Shown: positions 34,926 through 45,725, counted from the stretch's first letter. The stretch is 64,000 bases of DNA from a virus (IMGVR_UViG_3300020576_002947:175692-239691), one strand, 5' to 3'. Notes: generated from the sequence alone by a model not told the origin. Numbers and translations are program-made.

Positions 34926-35378
34926 TTGATGGTTTCTGAAAAACAAACTATTATTCTTATGCATGGACTTCCTGGATCAGGTAAGTCAACAAGAGCTAAT
35001 GAAATTAAAACCTATTACACTCTCAACAATACCACTTGTGAAATCTGTTCTGCAGATTCCTATTTTATTGATGATAGGGGGAGATATAACTTTGATCCCA
35101 CTAAACTCCATCTTGCACATAAAACCTGTATCGACTCTGTTATTCATCACCTGTCAAATAAAGTAGAAATTGTTATCGTAGACAATACGAATCTTAAGAA
35201 GTCAGATATCCAACCGTATGTTAACATTGCTGAGAGGCTAGGTATTACTATCATATCAGAAGAACCATCCACACCTTGGAAGGATGATCCTATTACATGC
35301 TCTGAGAAAACGGTACATCAAGTACCACTTCATACCATTGAGCGTATGAAGAAGTTACAAGAAACCCCGCCATTTTAA
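34926..35378 (+). CDS. AAA_33 / polynucleotide-kinase-like P-loop protein
   Basis: MHGLPGSGKST, SADSYF, AHKTC, IVDNTN, HQVP..TIERM. Confidence 0.88.
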   Translation: MMVSEKQTIILMHGLPGSGKSTRANEIKTYYTLNNTTCEICSADSYFIDDRGRYNFDPTKLHLAHKTCIDSVIHHLSNKVEIVIVDNTNLKKSDIQPYVNIAERLGITIISEEPSTPWKDDPITCSEKTVHQVPLHTIERMKKLQETPPF

Positions 35379-35431
35379 TTAGCAATAAAGCACAAAAAAT
35401 ATTAATCTATCCATAGTGTGGAAAGGACAAC

Positions 35432-35854
35432 ATGGGTTACGCATTTTTAGGAAGCGCTTTCGTTTTATCTTGGCTGTTTGCCTATTTTGAATTGTTATTG
35501 GTTACCAAACTAAATCTTAAAGGCCTTGCCTTAAACCTTCCACTATTTGATTTCTTTTTCTCAATCCCTATCGCAATTTTGCTAGGTATTGGCTTTAATA
35601 TTAATGGTGCTGTAGCTGGAATGGCTATGACACTTGCATCATTCTGGACTCTGTTCTGGTATGCTCATTGGAAGCGTAAGGAATTCAACAGATTCTATGA
35701 TGGCAAGAAGCATAAGCTATGGAAATCTACGCTTGCAAAGGAACTCGACAAGATCAGGAATGATATTGAAGAGGGAACATTTATTGGTCAAATTTTAATA
35801 GATCAGCTTAAGGAAAAGGAAGCCAAGTTGAAGAAGGAGCTTAAGTGCAAGTAA
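35432..35854 (+). CDS. membrane protein
   Basis: Three hydrophobic segments. Confidence 0.65.
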   Translation: MGYAFLGSAFVLSWLFAYFELLLVTKLNLKGLALNLPLFDFFFSIPIAILLGIGFNINGAVAGMAMTLASFWTLFWYAHWKRKEFNRFYDGKKHKLWKSTLAKELDKIRNDIEEGTFIGQILIDQLKEKEAKLKKELKCK

Positions 35855-38247
35855 ATTATCAAGAGTATGAATGGTATGGACAACCTGTTGTCATTCCGTT
35901 CAGAGTTATTGGTGAGAAATCTGTTATTGGCAAGGATGGTAAAGTGTCAAACGTTAAGCAGATCAACGAAGGAATCAAAGCGGCAGCAGACCGTGAAGAT
36001 TTCCCTAAGTTGATTGATATGCTTGAGGACCAATACTTTAAGACATTGAGAATGGTCACTGGTATTCCTGTTAAAGGACACTATGGACCTGTCTTTACAT
36101 CTGCAGACATTGCACCTGAGTATTACTTCACAACTCCAGAAGGAGGAACAGTAGTTAATGAAGATCTTATGACTTCCAGAGCTGTTGACAGTGATGGAGA
36201 TCATGCTCTAAGATCTAATCTAAAAGATGCAAATGGAAAATACTTTAAGCATAGGGAAGCTATGTTTATTAAGTTTCCATTTACTAAGAAGGTTCCTGTT
36301 CTTAAGGAACTTCCTGGTAAGTATCCATATACAACTTTCACACCTGTCCCAGAGGACAAGGAAATCGTTATTACTGATATGTCTGAGAAGTACAATCTTG
36401 ATGCTCTAGTTGAAAAAGCTAAAGATGTTCTTGCTATGCCGCTTGTCGGACCAACTGACAACTACTTTGATTATAAGGAAGCAATGGCCGTTAAGGATCT
36501 TGATTCCTATCATATGAAAGTCCAACATCTGTTTGAAGACGAAGACAGATTTCTTGCTATGGAGGGAGATATGAAAAAGGTTCGCGGAGGGAAGATGGAG
36601 AAAGTCGAAATCCCCCGAAGGCGAAGCATTGGGACACTTCCTACATGTTGGATTTTGGGTATGGCTAGGGGCAAGTCCTATTCACTACTTCCAGAAATTA
36701 AAGATGCTATCTATATGATGAGGTATCTTGAAGGTATGGAATTTGAAACAGTCGAATCAGCGCTCTCTCGAAGAGACGATGAGGTGTTCCCCATTCCTAA
36801 GAAACTCGAGATCAATTCTAAAGGGCACGGCATTGTTCAAAGACTTATTGATCTCAAACTTCTAACCATTGAGAAGATTCCACATGCAGTCCCAGGACTG
36901 TTTGTATCTGTTATTAGATTGTATACTCCTAGTAAAGATTACAGAACTCTTCACCCAGTTGCTGTTACAGAAACTAAGAGAGACACTTCTGTTATGACTT
37001 ACTGTATCGTAGTATCACCAATCGTGGTTAACTATGATAATCAGGTTAAGATTGTTCCTATTGAGTACGCTCTTGAAGCTCATCTCAATTCAGTTATGAC
37101 ATTTATGCCACTATCAGGGGGCCATTGGCCTAGTCGATTGGATCATATCCACCAGAACCCTGTTAAGTCAGCTATGCTTGAGAAAGCTCTTAGAGAATTT
37201 CTCAGTAAGTATGGCTACTTCCTATATCATAATAAGACTATGAAGACAATGGCACTAGCCGTTGCTAAGAATAAGATTGCTGTCCATTTCCAAACTAAGA
37301 ATCCACATGAGAAAGCTGCTTTCATGAAAGAGCTGAACATCAAGCTTAAAGCTACCAAGCTGGCTATTGTTCCATGTGGTGGAAACAAGAAAGGAACTGA
37401 ACGTGCAAACTTCAGTATTTGTGATCCTGTAACATTCTCGCCATTGTATGCGGGCAAGTACGCTGATCCAAAGCGTTCATGTCAGATTGCTTCTCAGCTT
37501 GCTAACGCTGTACCCCTACCCAGAAAGGCTTGTCTTGTTATTACAGGACGACCAGAAGATGGGAAGGGCACTGGCGGTCAGATGTTTATGACATCAGAGG
37601 GCGCTGAACTAAGCAAACTATCTAACGTGTTTCTAAACTCATTGGTCTATCAGAAAGATGAGAATCATCAGCAACGAACAACATTCAGAAACTTTGCTGG
37701 AGAGGAATTTGAAGGCTGGCTTGGAGACCCTCAAGCGACTTCTGAAATCCCTAAAATCCTCAGCCCAATCGGACTGAAGAACATGGCTATGAGAATCTAT
37801 AATAAGATTCAAGTACAGCATAATGGATTTTGGTTTGAACCTGATTTCCTGTTATCTCTGAAAGAGATTGAGGATAAGGATGCTTGGAATTCTCTTGTTG
37901 AGCATGGTGTCGAGAGATCATTCATGAACAACAATGGAGAAATTATTCCATGCTTCATCGTTTTCATAAACCTATATCGTTCTACTAATGCTTCAGAATG
38001 TGTCAAACCAGGTAAGAAGACCAGAGTGGTCTCAGGCATGGAAGCACATGCAATTAAGGAAGTTCTTTTAAATCATAATCTTGAGATTCCAGAATCAGAG
38101 CCTGACATGGAATATCTTGAAGCTATCAGAAAGGCAGTAGCGCAGATCAGAGATATCTGCAACCTGCCATTGCCCAATGTACCGGACGGCTTGTGTGCTG
38201 TTCGGGGGGCGGCGGTGGGTTCGGCGGAGGGTGCTGTCCCCTTGTAG
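35845..38247 (+). CDS. candidate single-chain two-barrel RNA polymerase (800 aa)
   Basis: AVDSDGD (36187-36201) resembles NADFDGD; C-terminal K-x7-K, PDFLLS and SGMEAHA motifs resemble beta GDK..GNKG, PDI.LNP and GEMEVWA; GTG start after AAGGAG. Confidence 0.6.
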   Translation: MQVNYQEYEWYGQPVVIPFRVIGEKSVIGKDGKVSNVKQINEGIKAAADREDFPKLIDMLEDQYFKTLRMVTGIPVKGHYGPVFTSADIAPEYYFTTPEGGTVVNEDLMTSRAVDSDGDHALRSNLKDANGKYFKHREAMFIKFPFTKKVPVLKELPGKYPYTTFTPVPEDKEIVITDMSEKYNLDALVEKAKDVLAMPLVGPTDNYFDYKEAMAVKDLDSYHMKVQHLFEDEDRFLAMEGDMKKVRGGKMEKVEIPRRRSIGTLPTCWILGMARGKSYSLLPEIKDAIYMMRYLEGMEFETVESALSRRDDEVFPIPKKLEINSKGHGIVQRLIDLKLLTIEKIPHAVPGLFVSVIRLYTPSKDYRTLHPVAVTETKRDTSVMTYCIVVSPIVVNYDNQVKIVPIEYALEAHLNSVMTFMPLSGGHWPSRLDHIHQNPVKSAMLEKALREFLSKYGYFLYHNKTMKTMALAVAKNKIAVHFQTKNPHEKAAFMKELNIKLKATKLAIVPCGGNKKGTERANFSICDPVTFSPLYAGKYADPKRSCQIASQLANAVPLPRKACLVITGRPEDGKGTGGQMFMTSEGAELSKLSNVFLNSLVYQKDENHQQRTTFRNFAGEEFEGWLGDPQATSEIPKILSPIGLKNMAMRIYNKIQVQHNGFWFEPDFLLSLKEIEDKDAWNSLVEHGVERSFMNNNGEIIPCFIVFINLYRSTNASECVKPGKKTRVVSGMEAHAIKEVLLNHNLEIPESEPDMEYLEAIRKAVAQIRDICNLPLPNVPDGLCAVRGAAVGSAEGAVPL

Positions 38248-38298
38248 CAATCAGGGTCTTAGGTCAGATAACTGGCTTAAGGCCCTTAAAATTTTCTC

Positions 38299-38577
38299 AT
38301 GGACAGGTTGAAAGCATTTATTAAGAAAGTGTACGAACGCTTTAAGCAATTCACCAAAGCGATTCGTGATAGAATTGCTATGGTTCTTGTTAAAGTATAT
38401 CAGTACAGTACCGAGATTTTGCTTTTAGCTTGGTCAGGGGTACTATTCTTTTTGCTGAGAATGAATTCCAGTATCGTCTTGATCTTTATGTTCTTCATTG
38501 CATTTGTTGTTCTTTATTTTCTAGTTAAAGCCTTGCTATTAGCACAGGCAATTAAGATGTTTATGAAGACACCCTGA
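38299..38577 (+). CDS. membrane protein
   Basis: Two TM segments. Confidence 0.65.
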   Translation: MDRLKAFIKKVYERFKQFTKAIRDRIAMVLVKVYQYSTEILLLAWSGVLFFLLRMNSSIVLIFMFFIAFVVLYFLVKALLLAQAIKMFMKTP

Positions 38578-38652
38578 GGACCTTCTGACTAGTAATAGGA
38601 GGTTATCCTTGAACTTCTCATCAGCAAAGCAAAACCAAGCAAAGGAAAAACA

Positions 38653-39321
38653 ATGAGCGCAATCAAAGCCTCACTATTCACTGCCGCTATCGTTGCATCA
38701 TCAGTTTTCGACTTCCTGTCAACGAGTGAAAACGCACAAGCGTTCAAGCTCGAGGATGACCATCGGAAATTGGTTATTGAAGACGCTGACATTCCGGTGC
38801 CAGCTGGTTCTCGTCGAAAGACGAAGGATGTTATGGCGACCCATGCAGTCGTCTCACTTGCGAAGATCAAGTCTCAGAACTTGGTCACGCTAAAAGCCGT
38901 CGCTGAGGGCGGCAATCACGACACGTACTACCGTGTCAATGTTGAGTTCTATGACGCCACTATTCCCGAAGAAGCCAAGATGCTCGGATCGGTTGAGGTC
39001 TGGGGTTACAACCCCAAACGGCCCAATCAGCTCGAGATTCGTGGCGGCGTTGGCCTCCCTAAGAAGGAGAGGTCCTCGGGTGATGGCAATACAAGCACAG
39101 GCTTGTATACCGATGATACCAAGCAGCCTGTCTGGACACAGGCAATGGTTCAACGCTTTATTGTGAATGCTATGACTGTCATTGCTGAGCAGAACCCCTC
39201 ACTGGCTAAGGCCATGATTGAGGTTTGGGAATCTCAGCAGGTCCCTGAGCCCGAACAGGTGAAAGAGGAAGACACGGTCGAACAACTGGCCGCGCTTGAC
39301 ACCGAATTTGCCGCTCCATAG
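38653..39321 (+). CDS. hypothetical protein with acidic C-tail (possible ssDNA-binding protein)
   Basis: GC-richer codon usage, acidic C-terminus; function speculative. Confidence 0.6.
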   Translation: MSAIKASLFTAAIVASSVFDFLSTSENAQAFKLEDDHRKLVIEDADIPVPAGSRRKTKDVMATHAVVSLAKIKSQNLVTLKAVAEGGNHDTYYRVNVEFYDATIPEEAKMLGSVEVWGYNPKRPNQLEIRGGVGLPKKERSSGDGNTSTGLYTDDTKQPVWTQAMVQRFIVNAMTVIAEQNPSLAKAMIEVWESQQVPEPEQVKEEDTVEQLAALDTEFAAP

Positions 39322-39327
39322 CAACTA

Positions 39328-39362
39328 GGGGGTATGGTTGAAAGACCATATCCCCTTTTTTT
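39328..39362 (+). terminator. rho-independent terminator
   Basis: ggggtatggt-tgaaag-accatatcccc followed by T-tract. Confidence 0.85.
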
Positions 39363-39487
39363 ATTAGCTTCGCCTAGATATTTTGCTAGTGTTTGATAGT
39401 ATTTTGCTACAATTTACTAGCCTAAATGGGCTATATCCCTATTCTACGTATGTCTACTATTCAGAAAAAACATTAAACCATTTGGTG

Positions 39488-39516
39488 TAGACAAAAGGTT
39501 CTAAGTCTACTATAAA
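39488..39516 (+). promoter_or_regulatory. sigma70-like promoter upstream of the ncRNA region
   Basis: TAGACA-17 nt-TATAAA, overlapped by GTAGAC/GTCTAC inverted repeats. Confidence 0.45.
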
Positions 39517-39947
39517 AGCAGTAGACACAATTTTATATAGTTAAAAGGGTAACATAAATCCTCAAAAGTATGTCCGTTAAGGACGGAAAAAAGGATAAAA
39601 GACGTTCTGTCTATCCCATGAGTAAAACCGAATATCGTGCTTTCAGAGCTACCTGGAACAGAAGTCCTCAGTGTGCTTCACGCTGAACAAACTTTCTAAC
39701 TTTCACGTAAAGTTTCTACCTTTTAGGCCCTGGCCTTAATAGAGCGCTCTTGGTCTCAATGTGAAAAGGAGTTGAGGCCCTAACTTTTTTATTCGTCCAT
39801 GACACCGTCAGGTGGTAAACCAACCGGATAATTAGACAGCGCCGAGCTTCCCGTACTGTCTACACGGACGCGTTATAAGGGGGTCGTTGGACTCGCAGCC
39901 TTTTCTCGACAGTTTAGGTTTGTAGACTTTCAGCGGGCCCCCTTATT

Positions 39948-40454
39948 TCAATTTGCCGGCTAGAGCAAAGGTATGGAGAAATCCATAAGCGGAGGTATGT
40001 TCACACATAGCCTAAGCCAAGCACCAGCTTTCTAAGGGTCATGTAAGTGGCCTTGATAACCCTGGTATGGTAGCATAGTGAAAGTAAAGTTACCGCCATT
40101 TTTAGTTCCATGACTTCTCGTAAGGGAAGGTAAAACACAAAGATTATAAAAGGTCTTTGTGAAAAACTTGTTGAAAGCAGCACTCGCAAGAGGCATTGCT
40201 ATAGACAAGGTAATTAAGTCATAAGCATCGCTCTTGGCTTGCACGGAATCGTTTTGATTTCCCTGTAAAGGGAATTGGACACACTCGAACAGCACTAAGT
40301 ACGTCCTGTAAAAGGGATACTCCTGGTGGGAAATAGGGTTGCGAAAGCATGCAGGGATGTGTCCCAGTGGGCTGATCTAACACTGAGCTGAATAGAGTAC
40401 TCATTCAGTAAGATCTGTTGTCAGGCATTCGTGTCGCACAACAGAAAAACTTGA
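39948..40454 (+). ncRNA. ROOL-like large ornate RNA
   Basis: ORF-poor, GNRA-rich; blocks ctaagccaagcac, gaaagtaaagttaccgccatttttagttc, gaaggtaaaac, ctatagacaag..aagtcataa, gtaaaggg, gcgaaag, agtgggctgatctaac..agctgaat occur in the order I recall for ROOL RNAs; near tRNAs. Confidence 0.7.
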
Positions 40455-40949
40455 TCGTCTTCTTGAATGTAATGGTGTAATAGAAACACACTCTGGTAAC
40501 AGAGAGTATACTAAGATGCAACTTCTTGGTACTGAGAGAAGACTTTTTTTGGACTGGATATGAAGAAATTGATACTCGCTACCCTCATAAGGTAGATAGA
40601 AGACAAACTAGGAAGGTCCAAACTTTTTTCTATGTAGTGGGTGGGAGCCCCGCGGGAGGGAGTTCCCTCTTTGTCCGAGAAGGCGTGCATAGAACCCAAT
40701 TTCCGTACGGAACACCTCGGGGCAGATAGCCCTTGGGACGGAAGTGCGTAGACGTAGTACCAAGACCTACGAAATCAAAACTTGGACCCTGCTGGGTTGG
40801 AGGTTGGTTCTGATCTGGTTCTCCATGGCATGAGGGTCCTTTAATTAGGACCCTTCAACTCTGTTAAAAAGAGTATCCTCAGGACCCTGGCACAGTCCTT
40901 TCCAGCTAAGCTAACTGAGGACAATCTTAGATAGGACGGTATTTTTGCT

Positions 40950-41558
40950 TTGAGCGAAAGACTCCCAACACCCTTACCTTTCTTTATTACATCCCTTATG
41001 GTTCCTGGTATCCTACTTTCACTTGCAGGCGGGCATTTTGCTTTAAAGCATACTATAAGAACTGAGTCTGTTACCATAACTGAGAAGAAAGCTATTGGTC
41101 CAGAAAGATTTATCTATGGTAAGAACTCTAATAATGAACTTGTTGTGATGACTGTAACCAACAATTGGTTACTCTTTCAAACAAATGCTAATAGTCTTTA
41201 TGATAAGCTACAAGTTTCTAAAACATACAACCTAGAAGTAGCAGGTTATATGAGTATTAAGTCTCTTATCAATATAAAATAATTAGTAATTAAGGTTATT
41301 ATGAAGGACCATTTTTATTTTGGTCATTTCAGGACAGAAGTAAGTTATGGACAGCTAAAACCTGAAGACATTCATGGCTACTTCAGAGGCCTAATGGTAG
41401 GTTTTTGGTGTTTCTCTTATATAAGAGAAGGTCGAGTTCTTGTAGGCACTCGTGGCAAAACATACCAGAGTGCTAGACTAGATGCTTTTGACGAATATAT
41501 TAAAACTTGTAATTTTTATAGAGTTTCTCCATCTGTTACAAGAGAGGAAATCGAATAA
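40950..41558 (+). CDS. two hypothetical proteins (40950-41282 with TM + beta domain; 41301-41558)
   Basis: ORF track. Confidence 0.65.
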
Positions 41559-41564
41559 GTACAA

Positions 41565-41874
41565 GGGCCTGTAGCTCAGTGGTTAGAGCACGCGGTTCAT
41601 CAAAGCTCCACACACTTTCCTTTTATTAGGTGTGTGATAGCAGGTGCCACAAGATTGGAAACTACTTGTGGGATCTCTCCTGTTCAGGAAAACCTAAGGA
41701 TCAATAAGGATAGATCTATGGCAATCGTGAGTACTTTGTAAAGAGTATGCAGAGACTGTACGGAGAGGGCCTAAACTCAGTAATGAGTACGGTCAAGAGA
41801 CAGTCCAGGGAGTCAGGAAACTGACACAAACCTGAACCGCATGGTCGTGGGTTCGATCCCCACCGGGCCCACCA
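41565..41874 (+). tRNA. trnI: tRNA-Ile2/Met (CAT) with group I intron; exons 41565-41600 and 41835-41874
   Basis: gggcctgtagctcagtggttagagca-cgcgg-ttCAT | aa-ccgca..ggttcgatcc..cgggcccACCA; body resembles tRNA-Ile. Confidence 0.9.
41601..41834 (+). mobile_element. group I intron (234 nt, no ORF)
   Basis: Exon ends in U, intron ends in G; P7 elements gcagagactgtac and aagagacagtcc. Confidence 0.88.
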
Positions 41875-41911
41875 AGTTTTTTAGTAAGTTATGGTATAAT
41901 CCGAATGTTCA

Positions 41912-44794
41912 ATGGAAGACTTACGAACAACCATTATCAATACTAAACTTGAGTTATCAGATGTTAAGTCTGAGATAACTAAGCTAAGAGCTAAAGAAAA
42001 AACACTTTATGATAAACTTACTAGACTTGCTGCTGATTGTCCTCATTCATGGGATCTTAATATAACACCACAAAAACAATATGGTGCTATTGTCATTAAC
42101 GCTACAAGAAGATGTTCTATTTGTGGTAAAGAACAAAGTACTAACAATACTGAGATAGTGCAACAGTCAAATGGCAGTTATACAGTAGAACCTATTTTTA
42201 AGTAGGTTTAAAACATGGAGTTTATTAAAAACCCTAGATTACTTTTTCCTACACACGGATACCCTATAGGTACTGAATACAGACTGTTACCTGGTGGTGG
42301 AAGACAGATTATTATTAAGAGAATGTGTTATTCTTGTAGATGTAGTGTTGGTCCTTATAACCTAGGACACATGAAAGACAGGGAAAGACCTATACTGCTA
42401 TTTATTAAGTATCATACAGAAAAAGCAGTAACAGCTTCTGATCTTCCTAAGGATGGAGAAACTAAAATTATAACTAATGGAAATAGGTATGCACTTATTT
42501 CAGGTTTTCTGGTTGAAGAGAATGGTGTATGCCTACCTCCTGAAGACCAGATTAATACCAGTAGATTAAGTAGATTCAAATGAGAACACCAAATGGCAGA
42601 AGGGAAAAGTGGTTGTGTTTTAAGAATTGGAGGCCTGTTCTGGCTAGCAAACCTTATCTATACATGTTTGTATTGGGGAGGGTGGCATGCTCTTTTTAAC
42701 ATTTTTGTTCCATATGCTATTATTTTTGATTTAGTTTGGAAGTTTTCTCCTTACATCAGAGGCTAACATTAAGTCTATTGTTATTAGTATTCTAATGTTT
42801 ATACCTATTAGCTATCATCCTGTATTCTGGCATGCTCTTAAAACATTCCCCAAAGATGTTATTACAGGATACTCCTGTTCAAGGACATCAGACATTTCTT
42901 TTGACGAATTCTGTGTTGTTATTTTAAACAACAAGGACTTAGCAGAAGTTCTTTGTGAGATGAAATCAAAGAAATGTATTACAATAGCTCGTCATGTCAC
43001 ACTCGACCCTAATTAGAAGTGCAGAATCTTTTTTTAATTACTTTAATATAAATACTTCCATTTTGAAAAGAAAGGAGTCATTGATGCTACTTAACAATCA
43101 GATTGTGCAGCAAACTAATACTCCTGATGTTATTGTATCTGATATCATGGATTCAACTGAGTTCATAACTATTACTGATCTTAATGGAAACAAAGTTATT
43201 ATTACACTACCTATCAGTATTTATCAGTTAATCAATTCAATTAAAGCATTTAAGTCTAAGCCTATTCTTGAGGCTAATGAGTATTATCTTTGGCGACATT
43301 TTTCTGCTTATGCACCACAAACACTTAAAAAATCTTTTAATGATACATCCTATAATGAAAAATCAAAATCTCCTTGTCCGTCAAGGGCTGATGAGCACTG
43401 TTATTTTGTAGGAGTTGGGATTGTCTTAGATGACAATGGTACCTAAGAGCCTTATTTTTTCAGAGCTTGAAGATACGTTTCCAGATAAGCTCGTTATTCT
43501 TCAAACTGGCAATAAACATGTGATTTACCATGCTAATCTTTCTGGTGAACAGATTGAAGGTCTTGCCTGTTTTAGTTCGGAAGCAAGGGCTAAATCCTTT
43601 GCAGATGGCTGGTGTACTGACTTAATTGCTACCTGTAAAGAAGTAACTAAAGACGAGGCAGTTGAGATAGCTTCTCAAAAGGCCAAGATTAATTGTTTAC
43701 TTCTTTGTGATAATCCTATTGATCCTAAGATGTATTTCTTTAGGTAATTGAAAATGGCACAACCACGATACACCTATCACAATTTTCTTAGTGACTTTAT
43801 TGCTTACTGTAAAGTAAAAGGAACTGATTATATTCCTCAAGATTTTATAAATTTCTTTGCTGACAATTACAGTGATACATATTTCATAGCTCTTTCCAGA
43901 TTTATGGCTGACAATGATGAATGTGGTCCTGAATTGTGCAGAATGCCAAGATATGGCTATGATGCTTTGTTCAACTGTAAACCAGAACACCAAGGAAGCT
44001 TTCTATTAATGGTCCAAAGAAACTGGGAGTATCTTACAGGCCAAACTACTTCAATCTGTGCTCACTGCAAACAAGAGCTGGATGATGTATTGGTAGAGAG
44101 ACAACCAATTGTTGCTTACGAATTTGGACCTGTCATAAAGTTTTATGAGAACCTTTCTATGGATGGAGCAGATAGTATCGAACTTCCTTTGTGTCGAGAA
44201 TGCTCTGTTAAGACTATGAAAAAGGTAATGGAAGTTGCCAGTATTAGTGAAGCAACCTGTCATGCATTACCCAGTTTTAACTAGGACAAACTGAATGAAA
44301 ACCTTGTTGAATTTCATCAAAAACAACATTCAAGTAACTGTTTTTTATATCTATTTTCTTTTCATATTTACTACAGAGTTTGAAAAAGTAAGTAATACAA
44401 GTATATTTATTTTGATATTCATTGGAATTAACGTCTTCCTTGAAACAACGCGTAATTTAGAATCATCTCTAAAAACTAAAGATATAAATAAAGACATAGA
44501 TAAATTCTGTAAAGAAAAAGATTGAAGAGGATGACCAAATTGTCACAATCAATTAAAAGTCTTTATAATTCTATTGTGGCAAAGATTATGTATAGATGGT
44601 TAAGGAAACAGTTTTCTAAAAAGCTAGCTAGGTATCAAGTCCTTGCAAGTAACTATGATTGTGGCTCCTCTGTCATGCACTATATTTGTCCTGAAACTTC
44701 AATCCTATATAATGACCTAACTGATATGCTACAAACAATCAAAGAGTTTGAAGCATACATTAATATTCCTATTGAACAAAGAATAAAACTGTAA
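41912..44794 (+). CDS. cluster of hypothetical proteins (41912, 42215, 42795, 42994, 43430, 43748, 44295, 44522); several with CxxC Zn motifs
   Basis: Coupled ORFs; CPH..CSICG, CYSC, CAHC..CREC. Confidence 0.65.
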
Positions 44795-44801
44795 CGAACA
44801 T

Positions 44802-44875
44802 GGGAGGTTAGCTCAGTGGTAGAGCAACGCACTTTTAATGCGTGGGTCACGGGTTCGAGCCCCGTACCTCCTACC
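44802..44875 (+). tRNA. trnK: tRNA-Lys (TTT)
   Basis: gggaggt/acctcct acceptor, acgca-ctTTTaa-tgcgt anticodon arm, ggttcgag T arm, encoded CCA. Confidence 0.92.
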
Positions 44876-45146
44876 AAGTTTCAAGGAATCTAATATGGAA
44901 ACACAAGAGCATACCCTTCTAACAGCTTTAAAATCTTGGATATCAGCTATAGCAACCCAGAAACATTGGATTATTGCTGATCTTCACATTCATTTTGCTG
45001 CTGCTGATTTCCTTGATGAGCATTTAGATGATCTTTACGATATTCCTATAAAACATTGGCCTAAAGTAGTTGGTATTGAATACGATGGAGACCAACTAAT
45101 TATTACATGGCTTAAAACTAATTAACATCTTAGGGGAAGCAGCATC

Positions 45147-45713
45147 ATGGTGGATGTAGAAAAAATTCTTATTGATAAAAAGCCAGATTTTTTAAAAATT
45201 GCTAGTAATATTGGAAGGTTCTATAGTCTGGACTCAGATGACATTCAAGATATTTATCAAGAAACTTGTATCAAGATATGGAATACAAGAGATCGTATCA
45301 ACGAAGATAGTACTATTGAAAACTATTTCAGCCGTATCTGTGGTAGGGTAGCTCTTGATATTATTAGATATCGTAAGTATGTAAAAGAGAACAATCTAAG
45401 GCTAGTTAACGACTTTAATCAAGGATCTTTTGAACTGGCTCGCTTTGTTGGTACAGATCATTGTCCATCAAACGGTTTTATATACTCAGGAGTTCGCTTT
45501 GTTCAAGAAAAAGAGCTTGATGCTATTTTCAGAGAACTAACCACGAAGGAAAGAATTGTTTTTACCCATCTGAAAGAAGAAAGAACTGCTGTAGAACTAT
45601 CAAAAGTGTTAAAACTTACCACTAGTGGCACAAAAAACAGGATCTATGACCTTAGAGAATTCTTTAAAAGAAGACTAAGTTGTCCTGTTAATGAACTTAT
45701 TTTCGAAATATGA
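45147..45713 (+). CDS. ECF-type sigma factor-like protein
   Basis: DIQDIYQETCIKIW region-2 pattern; LTTKERIVF...ELSKVL.LT..GTKNRI region-4 HTH. Confidence 0.8.
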   Translation: MVDVEKILIDKKPDFLKIASNIGRFYSLDSDDIQDIYQETCIKIWNTRDRINEDSTIENYFSRICGRVALDIIRYRKYVKENNLRLVNDFNQGSFELARFVGTDHCPSNGFIYSGVRFVQEKELDAIFRELTTKERIVFTHLKEERTAVELSKVLKLTTSGTKNRIYDLREFFKRRLSCPVNELIFEI

Positions 45714-45725
45714 AAGCGAAGGAAG

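Noticed and set aside
40001-40729. Short ORFs (40001, 40032, 40219, 40511, 40526) in the ORF track
   Set aside because: No SD or motif support; they overlap the structured RNA region
39558-40921. CRISPR array, tmRNA or RNase P RNA
   Set aside because: No repeated unit with spacers, no tRNA-like tmRNA ends with tag ORF, no RNase P P4 signature recognised
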